NCBI GenBank assembly: GCA_964463485.1
Contig: CAYXDO010000015.1
Span: 34,259 to 98,258, forward strand
Length of the DNA stretch: 64,000 nt
Origin: an uncultured Myxococcales bacterium
Lineage (GTDB): Bacteria > Myxococcota > Kuafuiibacteriia > Kuafuiibacteriales > Kuafuiibacteriaceae
Reading direction: 5' to 3'
The position numbers were made by a program, and so were the translations under genes. Below, piece after piece: positions 34,843 to 43,961 of this stretch. How positions within the stretch are numbered: position 1 is the stretch's first letter; each line of letters begins with the position of its first letter. The notes beneath the pieces were generated by a model. The model saw only the letters and a program-made list of their open reading frames with translations. It was not told the DNA's origin and did not search any database.

Positions 34843-36444
34843 TTGAATCCGCCAATCCATCGGGCTCGGTGTGTCTTAGTCTTCGCTGTCTTCGCCGCTT
34901 GCGGAGACTCGGGATCGATCGGGAGGACGCCGCCCTATCTGGCTGCATCGGCCGACAAGATCGACTTTGGGGAGCGGACGGTCGGGACGGACGAAGAGCG
35001 CACGATCTACCTCATCAACAAAGGTCAGACGCCGCTCGAGCTCGAGATTCCGTCCGGAGACACACTCAACGGCATTTTCGCGGTGCTCTTGGATGAGTTC
35101 ACGGTGGCCGGAGAGCAGGACACAGTGGCTCGGGTTCGTTTCGAGCCCGCCGATCCGGTCTCCTACGAGACGGTGCTGCACGTACGCAACAACAGCTCGA
35201 ACCAGCCGGAGCTGAGTATCCAGGTGCTCGGGGTGGGGATCGAGCGAGACCCGTGCGACGGCGTGGACTGCTCCGCCGCGCCGGCGCCGTCGTGTGTATC
35301 CGAGTCGACCAGTCGTCACTACGAGCCGCTCGGAGTGTGCAACGCCGGTCATTGCGAGCATCAGTACCAGGACGACGTTTGCGAGCGTGGGTGCGACGTC
35401 ACGAGCGGAGTCTGCCGGCGAGACCCGTGTGAAGGGCTCGCGTGCAACACGCCACCGAGCCCGTGTTTCTTTGCGCAGGGCGCGTGTCGCGACGGCGCGT
35501 GCCAATACGAGCCCAACAACGCGGGCGTCTGCAGTGACTCGAGCCCGTGTACTCAGAACGACCGTTGTGCGGAGGGCAACTGCGTGGGTGACCCCATCGT
35601 GTGCTCGACGCCTCCGGACCCGCTCTGTGTAGACTCGACGACGCGGGAGGTAGCCAACCCGCAGGGCGTATGCAACCCGGCGACCGGGGGTTGTGAGTAT
35701 GCCGTTCAGCGTCAGTTTTGTGAGTTTGGATGTCTACCTCAAGGCTGTGACGGCGACCCTTGCATGGGTGTGGACTGTAACATGCCTCCGGCCACGCAAT
35801 GCTTTTCGCAGACGGGCGTGTGTGAGCTCGGCGTATGCAGCTACGAGTTGGTGGCGGGCCCTTGCGACGACGGCGACCCCTGCTCCCTCAACGACGCCTG
35901 TCGTATCGGCAGCTGTGTAGGCCAACCCACGATCTGCAACTCACCGCCGCCGCCGGACTGCGCCGCGCCCGACACGCGGCGTGTGTATGACACGAGCGGC
36001 GTGTGCACCAACGGCGCTTGTGAGTACGGAGCCACGACCGTCGCCTGCAACGACAGCAACGCGTGCACGGCGGGCGACTACTGCAGCGCCGGTGCTTGTC
36101 ACAGCGGCAGTGGGGTCAATTGCGACGACGGCAACCCATGCACGAGTGATAGCTGCGATCCGGGCGCGGGGTGCCGACACACCGCGATCAGCGGCGGGAG
36201 CTGCGTGAGCCCGAGCGGCGCGTGCCCCACGGGTACGTGCTCGTCCGGGACCTGCGTGCCCGTACCCAACGTGACTTGTGTGGCCACGTACCAGGCCGAC
36301 TTGTGCAACGACGTGGAGGTCGCCGGAATATGCGCTGCGAGCGGCGACTGCGTGGTGAGTCAAACGCCCCCCGAGTTCTATTGCCCGTGGTGTTACGGCA
36401 TCTGCCTGCAGTGTTATTTCATCCAGCTCTGCATCCCGTTCTGA
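34843..36444 (+). CDS. Cysteine-rich repeat lipoprotein (myxobacterial Cys-rich repeat type)
   Basis: Lipoprotein signal VLVFAVFAACGDSG. More than 15 repeats of C-x-D-G/N-x-C. Hydrophobic Cys-rich C-terminus CPWCYGICLQCYFIQLCIPF. Confidence 0.65.
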   Translation: MNPPIHRARCVLVFAVFAACGDSGSIGRTPPYLAASADKIDFGERTVGTDEERTIYLINKGQTPLELEIPSGDTLNGIFAVLLDEFTVAGEQDTVARVRFEPADPVSYETVLHVRNNSSNQPELSIQVLGVGIERDPCDGVDCSAAPAPSCVSESTSRHYEPLGVCNAGHCEHQYQDDVCERGCDVTSGVCRRDPCEGLACNTPPSPCFFAQGACRDGACQYEPNNAGVCSDSSPCTQNDRCAEGNCVGDPIVCSTPPDPLCVDSTTREVANPQGVCNPATGGCEYAVQRQFCEFGCLPQGCDGDPCMGVDCNMPPATQCFSQTGVCELGVCSYELVAGPCDDGDPCSLNDACRIGSCVGQPTICNSPPPPDCAAPDTRRVYDTSGVCTNGACEYGATTVACNDSNACTAGDYCSAGACHSGSGVNCDDGNPCTSDSCDPGAGCRHTAISGGSCVSPSGACPTGTCSSGTCVPVPNVTCVATYQADLCNDVEVAGICAASGDCVVSQTPPEFYCPWCYGICLQCYFIQLCIPF

Positions 36445-36529
36445 TCCCTTCTGATCCCTCGATTCGCGCCGATCGAGACCTCTGACGAAGGCGGTTCAAC
36501 ATCGGCCTCCGCCGAAGTATAGGGCCTCG

Positions 36530-37534
36530 ATGATCGACGCGCATGCCGCGGTCTTCCTGCCCGGCGCCCAAAAGAGTGGCACGACCGCGCTCTTCTCCGT
36601 GATCAGAGACGCCGGAGGACAAGGGCCCAGCATCCCGAAGCGCAAGGAGCCGGTGTTCTTCGCGCTCCAACCCCATGCGATCGCGCGTTACATCGATTGG
36701 TATCGCTCGCTTTACGACGCCAACGATCCGCGACCGTTCGTCGACGGGTCCACCGCGTACTTGTCGTGTCCGAGCGCGCCGGCGGCCATTCGCTCCTTTT
36801 TTCCGAAGGCCAAGATCGTCATCGTACTCAGGGACCCGGTGCTGCGGGCGTACTCGGGCTTTCTGCACGAAGCCAAGAAATCACCGTGCCCAGAGCGCCG
36901 CACCTTCGAGCAGGTGATCGAAGACGCGTCGACGACCGAGGGCGGAGCTGACAGGGTCGAGCGGGAGCGCGTGGCTCTGCGGATACGGACAGGGGAGCTC
37001 GACCCTTCGCGATACGGCGATCGATATCTCGAGCAGACGGTGGGCGCTCCTTTTAGGGCAGAGCTCGCGGACCCGTTGTGGGCCTACCTGCATTTTTCCA
37101 ACAGTCGTTACTCGGAGAAGGTCGATCGGTGGAGGCAGGAATTCGGAGCCGAGAACGTCAAAGTCACTTTTCTCGAGCAACTCGTCTCGGACCCCACGCT
37201 TCGACTCGGCGAGGTGCTCGACTTCGTCGGCCTGCCTCATACGGGCGCGCTCACGCTGCCGCGTGAGAACGAGACGAGAGTTCCGAAGGGTTCGGCCGCT
37301 CGATTGTTCACGCGAGCTCGTTCGGCTCCTGGCATCCGCGAGGCTTCGAGGTTTCTGCGAGACCTCGGGTTTGGCGGCGCGATGGAGCGGGTGAAGCGAG
37401 GCGGAACCGAGACCAGGAAGTCACTCGATCGAAGCACGTACGATCGGGCCAAGAAGAACCTTTTGGCCGAGTATGATCGATTCATCCGCGAGGAGCCCAA
37501 GCTCGAGGAGTCATGGCGGTTCGGCGCGCACTGA
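36530..37534 (+). CDS. Sulfotransferase-family protein (PAPS-dependent)
   Basis: 5'-PSB motif FLPGAQKSGTTALF, and the 3'-PB region RDPVLRAYSGF. No signal peptide. Confidence 0.75.
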   Translation: MIDAHAAVFLPGAQKSGTTALFSVIRDAGGQGPSIPKRKEPVFFALQPHAIARYIDWYRSLYDANDPRPFVDGSTAYLSCPSAPAAIRSFFPKAKIVIVLRDPVLRAYSGFLHEAKKSPCPERRTFEQVIEDASTTEGGADRVERERVALRIRTGELDPSRYGDRYLEQTVGAPFRAELADPLWAYLHFSNSRYSEKVDRWRQEFGAENVKVTFLEQLVSDPTLRLGEVLDFVGLPHTGALTLPRENETRVPKGSAARLFTRARSAPGIREASRFLRDLGFGGAMERVKRGGTETRKSLDRSTYDRAKKNLLAEYDRFIREEPKLEESWRFGAH

Positions 37535-37544
37535 AGGTCGGCGC

Positions 37545-39299
37545 TCAGCGGCGCTGACTCAGGAGTTGCGCGTGAACGGAGACGTCGATCGGGGCGTCAG
37601 GGGTCGCGGATCCCGTACGGATTTCGATCCACCCCTGCCAGAAAAAGCCCACGACTTCGAGCTCGGCGCCGGGTCGTGGAATGCGCAACAAGGCACCCGC
37701 GACGCTCTCGCCATCGATGGGAACGAGCCCGCTCGCGAGCTTCTGAGGGTCCATCACGACGTACACCACTGGGATTGATCCGTCGGCGGTCGTGGAGGCT
37801 TGAAGCAAGACGACCCGGCCGAGATCGTTGGGTTCGACGCCGATTCCGGCCGAGCTTCCGACGATCAAGCCTTCGATCCGCTGGGCGCCGACGGTTGCGG
37901 TGAAGGTACCGGTTCCGGTCCGGAAGATGTCTGGGGCAGGGTGAGTTCCGAAGCGGGTTTGGATGTGCGCCGAGAGTGAGGCGAAGTCGAAGCACAATGG
38001 GTCGCGGGCCGGATTGGTCCACTCGGCGCCTCCGAGATCGAGCTCGGCGCGGAGTTGGCGTTCGCGAGCGGTAACGAACCCTCGGAGCCGCTCGGTCGCG
38101 TCGTGGAGGGGCTGAATCGCTGCGGCGGGAACGGCCGGAGCGATCACCCGGGCAGCGCGGTCGATTTCAGCCCGCATCTGGTCAGCATCCCAAATCTCGT
38201 CGAGGATCGACTCGAAGGTTGCGACATACCGTTGGCGGCCTTGCGGGTGGAGATAGAGTCTTCGGGCCAAATAACCCTCCGCGAGCACGGAGGTCGGTGC
38301 GACGTCCCGCGAGTCGAAGATCCCATCGGCGCCCCACGGGATGAAGCGAAACTTCCCATTCACGGGGTGTCGGTAAACGAAGAAGTTGTTGGTGTTGCCG
38401 GCGTAGCCGTCCCAGTGAGCGATCAGACTCTCGACGACCCAGAATCGGTAGAATTGGTCCAGATCGACCCAAGGCTCGAGGGACTCGAAGAGTCGAGCGT
38501 CGGGGGCGTCCAGCGCCCGAGTGAGCCCTTCGAGGTCGGCGCGATCGTAAGGCGTGTCCTCGTTGGTCTTCTGTTCGAAGGTTCCGAGCCACTCGTCACG
38601 AAAATCGCTGAGCGTGCCTTCATAGAGTTGACCTTCGTCCTCGACGAAATGGCTTCGGAGGAAGGGCTTGTTGACGGTTTGCAGGTTCACATAGGGCCCG
38701 AGCGATTCACCGTTGACGATGACTTCGGCATAGTTGCACCGGGGAGCGGGCAAGCCGGCGCGTCGGAACACGTCGTAGCCGAGGCAAGGCTTGATGAGTG
38801 TGGGATCCTGCTGGCCGTTGTTGAGGGTGAGAGAGCTCAGCCCCAAGAATTCGAGGCCGGGTAGGTACTCGTCGAGCTTGATTTTGAGCGATGGTCGAGT
38901 TTCGCTGAGTGAGCCTAGGAAGCCTTTCTTGCGCACGCCGACGTGTTCGAAGCGCTCGCCGTCGATTCGGACCTGGGCTTTGAAATACGTGAAGGGAGAC
39001 TCGAAGGGTGCGGCCAGGCACTCCGCGCGCGCCAGCGTGGACTCGAGAGTACGGGTCTGGGACCTCAGGGCGTCCCAGTCGTGGGGCGCGAGCTCGATTT
39101 CGATGGACACGAGGTGGTCGCGATCGAAGAGGGGGTCAGCCATATCTTCTGCGTGAATGGTCGGAGCGCCGGAGTCGATCTCATGGATCGCAGCGTCGGT
39201 GGGTGATTCGGCTCCGGCGTCCCGTGACAGTCGTGTGCCTTCAGTCGTCGACCCGCAGGCGCAGGCGAGGAGCGCGACCACCAACGCTTTACGACACAC
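37545..39299 (-). CDS. Secreted lipoprotein, CotH-like (putative atypical kinase fold)
   Basis: Signal with lipobox VVALLACACGST. The segment LIAHWDGYAGNTNNFFVYRHPVNGKFRFIPWGADGIF resembles the conserved core of the CotH family. Assignment is by motif only. Confidence 0.5.
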   Translation of the reverse strand: MCRKALVVALLACACGSTTEGTRLSRDAGAESPTDAAIHEIDSGAPTIHAEDMADPLFDRDHLVSIEIELAPHDWDALRSQTRTLESTLARAECLAAPFESPFTYFKAQVRIDGERFEHVGVRKKGFLGSLSETRPSLKIKLDEYLPGLEFLGLSSLTLNNGQQDPTLIKPCLGYDVFRRAGLPAPRCNYAEVIVNGESLGPYVNLQTVNKPFLRSHFVEDEGQLYEGTLSDFRDEWLGTFEQKTNEDTPYDRADLEGLTRALDAPDARLFESLEPWVDLDQFYRFWVVESLIAHWDGYAGNTNNFFVYRHPVNGKFRFIPWGADGIFDSRDVAPTSVLAEGYLARRLYLHPQGRQRYVATFESILDEIWDADQMRAEIDRAARVIAPAVPAAAIQPLHDATERLRGFVTARERQLRAELDLGGAEWTNPARDPLCFDFASLSAHIQTRFGTHPAPDIFRTGTGTFTATVGAQRIEGLIVGSSAGIGVEPNDLGRVVLLQASTTADGSIPVVYVVMDPQKLASGLVPIDGESVAGALLRIPRPGAELEVVGFFWQGWIEIRTGSATPDAPIDVSVHAQLLSQRR

Positions 39300-39322
39300 G
39301 CCGCCAGCTTACGCCCGTTCGC

Positions 39323-40294
39323 TCATTCCGCGAAGTGAACATATCCGGCCGGAATGGGGGCCCCGCGGAATTCGAAGGATGGGTTGGACGTGACCGTTCC
39401 CAGCCGCGTCAACGAGACGCCCGTGGCCCGCACAATCTGCATGAGCTCGGCCTGGTGTTCGTTCGGAGCGGTGAACAAGAGCTCGTAGTCTTCGCCGCCG
39501 GAGAGCGCGAGCGGGAGGGCAGCGTCACCGAGCAGCCGTTCAAGCTCCGGCTCCACGGGAAGCTCGCTCAACTCGGCGCCGAGCCCGTGGGGCCCGAGCA
39601 GGCGAACGAGGTCACGTCCGAGTCCGTCCGAAATGTCGCAGGCCGCGCGGACGAGCCCGGATTCGCTGAGTCGCTGACCGATCTCGACTCGCGGAGTGGG
39701 GTCGATCAGTCGGCGTTCCAGCTCGGGCCAGGCCTTCAGCGCACCGCGCCTTTGGACCTCGAGGCCACCACGCGCGCCGCCCAATGAACCCGTGACGAAG
39801 ATGCCATCTCCCGGGATGGACGCGGACCTTCGCAAGGTCTTCAGAGGGTCCACGGCGCCAAGGAGAGTCAGATCGAGCACGAGCGGACCGTCGATGCGCG
39901 AGACGTTGCCGCCGATCAAATAAACGCCAAACTCGCCGAGGCGCTCCCTCAACCCTCGACCGATCTCCGCGAGTCGATCGGCGCTTTCGGAGCCGCTGAC
40001 GCATACGGAGAGGAGCGCGAAGCGAGGACGAGCTCCCATCGCGGCCAGGTCGCTCAGGTTGACGGCGGCGAGCTTCCTCCCGATCGACCTCGCCGGAGTG
40101 GTTTTTAGGAAATGTGAGCCTTCGACTTGAGCGTCGGTGGTCGCGACGGTTGCGCCGGGAAAGGAGGTCCAGACCGCAGCGTCGTCGCCGTTATCCACGA
40201 CGACGTCCGAGGGAGCATCCGCGGGATCGACCAAGAGGCGAATGAGTTGCTCCTCGCCGATTTCGGAGATGGTTCGCTCCACGTACTCCTCCAC
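39323..40294 (-). CDS. thiL: Thiamine-monophosphate kinase (ThiL, AIR-synthase-related fold)
   Basis: GDDAAVW...ATTDAQVEGSHF and downstream PurM-like motifs. Probable GTG start near 40294 with a GGAG RBS. The ORF-track extension to 40438 is unlikely. Confidence 0.7.
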   Translation of the reverse strand: MEEYVERTISEIGEEQLIRLLVDPADAPSDVVVDNGDDAAVWTSFPGATVATTDAQVEGSHFLKTTPARSIGRKLAAVNLSDLAAMGARPRFALLSVCVSGSESADRLAEIGRGLRERLGEFGVYLIGGNVSRIDGPLVLDLTLLGAVDPLKTLRRSASIPGDGIFVTGSLGGARGGLEVQRRGALKAWPELERRLIDPTPRVEIGQRLSESGLVRAACDISDGLGRDLVRLLGPHGLGAELSELPVEPELERLLGDAALPLALSGGEDYELLFTAPNEHQAELMQIVRATGVSLTRLGTVTSNPSFEFRGAPIPAGYVHFAE

Positions 40295-40307
40295 GTACTC
40301 TCCACGA

Positions 40308-41855
40308 TCATTCGAGGATGGGGATGTCAGGGAGGGAGCCGCTACGCTGCTCGCGCTCCTCCGTGCGGGGCGGTAAATCAGCCAGGCGCACGGTCTTCTG
40401 GGCTTTGCAGAAGACGCGAAGCTCAGGCCGGCTCTCACTCTCGAGCACCATGTGGGAGAGTTTGCACGTGCAGGGAGCTTGGGGATCCAAGTGATCCTGA
40501 GTGGGGAACGGGGGAAGCCAACAGCCGGTATTGAGATAGGTGCGACCGTTCGGGAGCGGGATGTTTCGTCGGACGTGGCTGTGTCCCATGACGACTACGG
40601 GCACTTCGAGGGTCTCGGCGATCTTGTCGGCAGCGCGCGCTTGCTTCGGACCGGGCAGCAAGAACCGGTGTCGCAACATCGACTTGTTGGCTCGCAAGGC
40701 CGCCGCGAAGACGAACCCGATGCCGACCAGCTCCAGCCAAGTTCGTTCGACGAACAGGAGCACCAGGAAGACGAGGAACATCGCGCCGACGGCGAGGAGC
40801 ACTCGGTCGAGGAACAAGAGCCGCATCAGCTCGGGTAGGTTTCGAATCACCGTGAGGTGGTGAAGATTGTCGATCCGTTCGAGCTTCTCGGGATCGATGC
40901 CGAACCGGTTCGCTTCTTCGACGAGTCGCTTTTTGTGCTCCTGGTTGTAGCGACCCACGCGCCCGAAAGTCCATTGACCGGCGAACCATACGATCCGAAG
41001 CCCTGCGACCAGGCCCATCCGAACGGTGTAGAGCGCGCCCCCTGGACCCTTTTCTCTGGCCCAGCTGAGATAGTCCCGCCAACCCCAAGTCTCCACGTGA
41101 TCCGCGGTGTAGTCACTCATCATGTTCACGAAGAACCGCATCGCGAAGGCCGAGACGGGCGTGTCGATCATGCGAGGATTCGTCGGACTGACGGGGTACA
41201 GCCAGTGATCGAAGGAGCAATATTCGTCGTACTGGTGTCCGTGCTCGACGTAGATCCGGCCTGGCTCGAAATAGATCCAGGGGGCAAAAATCACGCGAGA
41301 CTGAAACTCCGATCGACGCCTCAAGTCGTCGTCGATTTCGGCCGGGTCGTCGCGAAAAGCGAGGGACGCGAGCTCCCTGCGGAAGGCTCTTTGGACTTTG
41401 GGCCAATAAAACTCCACGTCGTGATTTCCGCGCATCACGACGATCTCCCCGCCGCCTTTGACGAAGCGAGCGAGGCGGGCGAAGAGGTCTTGGTGATACT
41501 CGAGGGTGGTATAGAGCTTCTCGAGGACGCGTTCGGCGGCGGTACCCAGCCCGAATTCTTGTTCCTCGTTGGTGACGTCGAAGGAGAGGAGGAATCGGCG
41601 GCGGTCGTCTCTCACCACGACGACCTCGAGGAAGTCGATGAAGTCGCCGGCCAGGATCAGCTTCCAGTCACCTTCCTTGCCAGCGGTGTACAGGTCGAGC
41701 AGGTCGACGAAGGCGCGATCGAACGCGGGGTTCGGGCGACCTTGAGCGAAGCCGGTGATGAGCTTCTGGTCACGGCCCACGTGCATGTCGGAGACCACGA
41801 GGAGCTTTCGCCCCTTGGTTCCGATGTTCTTGGCTAACTCAGTCCTCGACGACAC
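40308..41855 (-). CDS. Calcineurin-like metallophosphoesterase with a C-terminal TM helix
   Basis: LLVVSDMHVG...ILAGDFIDF...MRGNHDVEF...EHGHQYD metallophosphoesterase motifs. Hydrophobic segment LLAVGAMFLVFLVLLFV. Confidence 0.75.
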   Translation of the reverse strand: MSSRTELAKNIGTKGRKLLVVSDMHVGRDQKLITGFAQGRPNPAFDRAFVDLLDLYTAGKEGDWKLILAGDFIDFLEVVVVRDDRRRFLLSFDVTNEEQEFGLGTAAERVLEKLYTTLEYHQDLFARLARFVKGGGEIVVMRGNHDVEFYWPKVQRAFRRELASLAFRDDPAEIDDDLRRRSEFQSRVIFAPWIYFEPGRIYVEHGHQYDEYCSFDHWLYPVSPTNPRMIDTPVSAFAMRFFVNMMSDYTADHVETWGWRDYLSWAREKGPGGALYTVRMGLVAGLRIVWFAGQWTFGRVGRYNQEHKKRLVEEANRFGIDPEKLERIDNLHHLTVIRNLPELMRLLFLDRVLLAVGAMFLVFLVLLFVERTWLELVGIGFVFAAALRANKSMLRHRFLLPGPKQARAADKIAETLEVPVVVMGHSHVRRNIPLPNGRTYLNTGCWLPPFPTQDHLDPQAPCTCKLSHMVLESESRPELRVFCKAQKTVRLADLPPRTEEREQRSGSLPDIPILE

Positions 41856-43845
41856 ACAGATAGAATTTGTTGCTGGAGCGATCGATGATTTGGATCTTGT
41901 TGCGCTTCTCGGGGGACAAGGCGCTCTTGAGAGCCTGATATCGCTCCTGTTCGGTGACGATGAACTCGCGGCCGGGTTGGTCGACGAGGCTTCGAATACG
42001 TTGGTTGGCGCCGCTCTCCTTCACTTGCAGCACCCGATTCCTCGAGTAGAAGGTCTCGCCCCGCCAGTTGAGTTGGTACGCGTAGATCGGCTCGGTCCCT
42101 TTCTTTTCGGCGTAGTACGTCTTGAAGAGGTGAGCTTGGCTCCAATGGGGCGAGAGCATGTTGAAGTGGTGGTGTGAAATCCAGGTGCCGAAGAGGACTC
42201 CCATGGCGACGAACGCGAGGAGGGCGCGGGCGCGCTGTTTGAGAGCGTAAGCGAGGATCGCGAGGGCGCCGGTGGCGCCGACGATCGCCCCCATGAAGGG
42301 CCGGGGCTGAACCTCCCGAGGAAATTCTCGGTCGTATTTGTAGGTGAACAGGTTCACGAGGTCCCGCGGCTCGTCGAACAAATCACGGGCGACCACAGCG
42401 AAGAGAACGACGATCACGGCGACGACGCCGCGGTCGAGCCTCGACGGACGCTCGGCGATGTGAGTCAGCCAGTAGGCCACGAGCACGGAAAAGGCGGGGA
42501 CCGCGGGGAAGATGTAGTGATGGAACTTGGTCTGGCTGATCGTGAAGAAGCAGTAGCTCCACAAGGCCCAGAGCGCCAAGAACAAGACCAGTCGGCTTCG
42601 CTGTGCGTCTCGATCTTGGTGGACGGGCACCTCAGTCAGGGTCGGGATCGGCTCGGGCCACCTCAGCTTCAGCGCGTAGGCGATGGCGATGGGGAGCAAG
42701 GCGCTCCATGGGAACATTCCGTAGCCGAGCTGCTCGATGAAGTAGCCAAGCCCCGCCCGATCCCCGTGCACGCCGGCGCCGACGCGGGAGAAGTTGTCGT
42801 GCACGACGAAGCGCTGATAAAAAGTGAGCCCTTCGTCGTCGCGCCCATTGAAGCTCAAGAGCGTGGCGTACCAGGGAGACGCGACGAGCAGAAACAGAGG
42901 GGCGAAGACGAGCACTCGACTGCGCCGCAACACGTTGGGGTCGATCGCGAAGAGCAGGTACAAGATGACGAGCGGACCTACGACGGCGAGCACCGCGAGT
43001 CCCTTGGCGATGACGGCGAGGGCCATCGCCACGTAGAACATGACGAGCTTTTGATCTCTCCTCGAGCCGGCCATGAAGACCCAGCCGATCACGAGGAATC
43101 CGGCGAGCGCTCCGGCGGCGCAAAGCAGCCTGGCTGTTTGGGGCACGGACTGATTGGCCCCGATCAACGCGAGCTGCGAAAACAGCGCTACCCCGGTGCC
43201 GAAGGCGGTTCCGATTCGAAGCAGCGGGGACGGCGGCCCGTCTTCTTCCACGTCGAAGACGGCTTCGATGAAGAACGCGAGCCCGATGGTGAGCAAGCAG
43301 ACGAGCGGGTTGTCGGTGATGGCTTGCTTGCCGATGAAGACGAATTGAGGCGAGGAGGCGAGGACCACGGCGGCGAGCAGTCCGGTCGCGCGGCCAGCGA
43401 GCCGAGATCCGATCCGGTAGACGGCGATCATCGCGCCGATGGCGAGGAGGGCAAAAGGCATGCGAACGCCCCACTCGGTGAGGCTGCCCAGCGCTTCGCC
43501 GGCAGGGGTGGACTCGGCGCCGACGACGAACATCCCGAGGGCCATGAGCCACAAGGTGAGGGCGGGCTTGGAGAAGAAATAGGCGCTCTCCCAGTATGGG
43601 TAGACGTAGTCGCCGCGCTGAATCATCGCGCGCGCGACTTCGCCGTAGTGGGTCTCCCAAGGATCCCAGAGCCCGAGGGTGCCCAGGAAGGGCAAAAAGA
43701 GCAGCGCGCCGAGGATCGCGACGAGGACCACCGCTGATTTTTCGGTGGGCACGCGCGCCTCGAGCGCGGTGAGCCACGACGCGCGAGGCTCGTCGTGGGA
43801 GGCATTCGGGCCCGCGGGGGGGGCTAGCGGTTGTTCCGAAGTCAC
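41839..43845 (-). CDS. GT-C glycosyltransferase of the PMT/ArnT type (GT39/GT83-like dolichyl/undecaprenyl-phosphate-sugar:protein or lipid transferase)
   Basis: 668 aa with at least 11 TM helices. First-loop acidic motif LWDPWETHYGEVARAM is comparable to the PMT/ArnT D-E loop. Composition typical of PMT_2 proteins. Confidence 0.7.
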   Translation of the reverse strand: MTSEQPLAPPAGPNASHDEPRASWLTALEARVPTEKSAVVLVAILGALLFLPFLGTLGLWDPWETHYGEVARAMIQRGDYVYPYWESAYFFSKPALTLWLMALGMFVVGAESTPAGEALGSLTEWGVRMPFALLAIGAMIAVYRIGSRLAGRATGLLAAVVLASSPQFVFIGKQAITDNPLVCLLTIGLAFFIEAVFDVEEDGPPSPLLRIGTAFGTGVALFSQLALIGANQSVPQTARLLCAAGALAGFLVIGWVFMAGSRRDQKLVMFYVAMALAVIAKGLAVLAVVGPLVILYLLFAIDPNVLRRSRVLVFAPLFLLVASPWYATLLSFNGRDDEGLTFYQRFVVHDNFSRVGAGVHGDRAGLGYFIEQLGYGMFPWSALLPIAIAYALKLRWPEPIPTLTEVPVHQDRDAQRSRLVLFLALWALWSYCFFTISQTKFHHYIFPAVPAFSVLVAYWLTHIAERPSRLDRGVVAVIVVLFAVVARDLFDEPRDLVNLFTYKYDREFPREVQPRPFMGAIVGATGALAILAYALKQRARALLAFVAMGVLFGTWISHHHFNMLSPHWSQAHLFKTYYAEKKGTEPIYAYQLNWRGETFYSRNRVLQVKESGANQRIRSLVDQPGREFIVTEQERYQALKSALSPEKRNKIQIIDRSSNKFYLCVVED

Positions 43846-43961
43846 GACGAAAGGCGCGGAACCCTAGAAATGGCGTCGGGTTGTGTCAATCGAGAAGCCC
43901 AATCTCCCGTCGGACAAGAGGCCCAGGGCCGGAACCGCACGGGAAGTGCTATACCTCGAAT

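Noticed and set aside
34662-34948. N-terminal extension of ORF 33527..34948 (about 95 very basic residues, RKRRRQRRLRH...)
   Set aside because: No domain. An internal ATG at 34661 with a GAGG RBS gives a protein beginning just before the first inhibitor repeat. The extension is probably non-coding promoter DNA shared with the divergent Cys-rich gene.
42460-43777. ORFs 42460..43737 (+) and 42632..43777 (-, alternative frame) inside the GT39 gene
   Set aside because: Asp/Glu/Arg-rich antisense or off-frame translations. The chosen minus frame has 11+ TM helices and a PMT-type loop motif.
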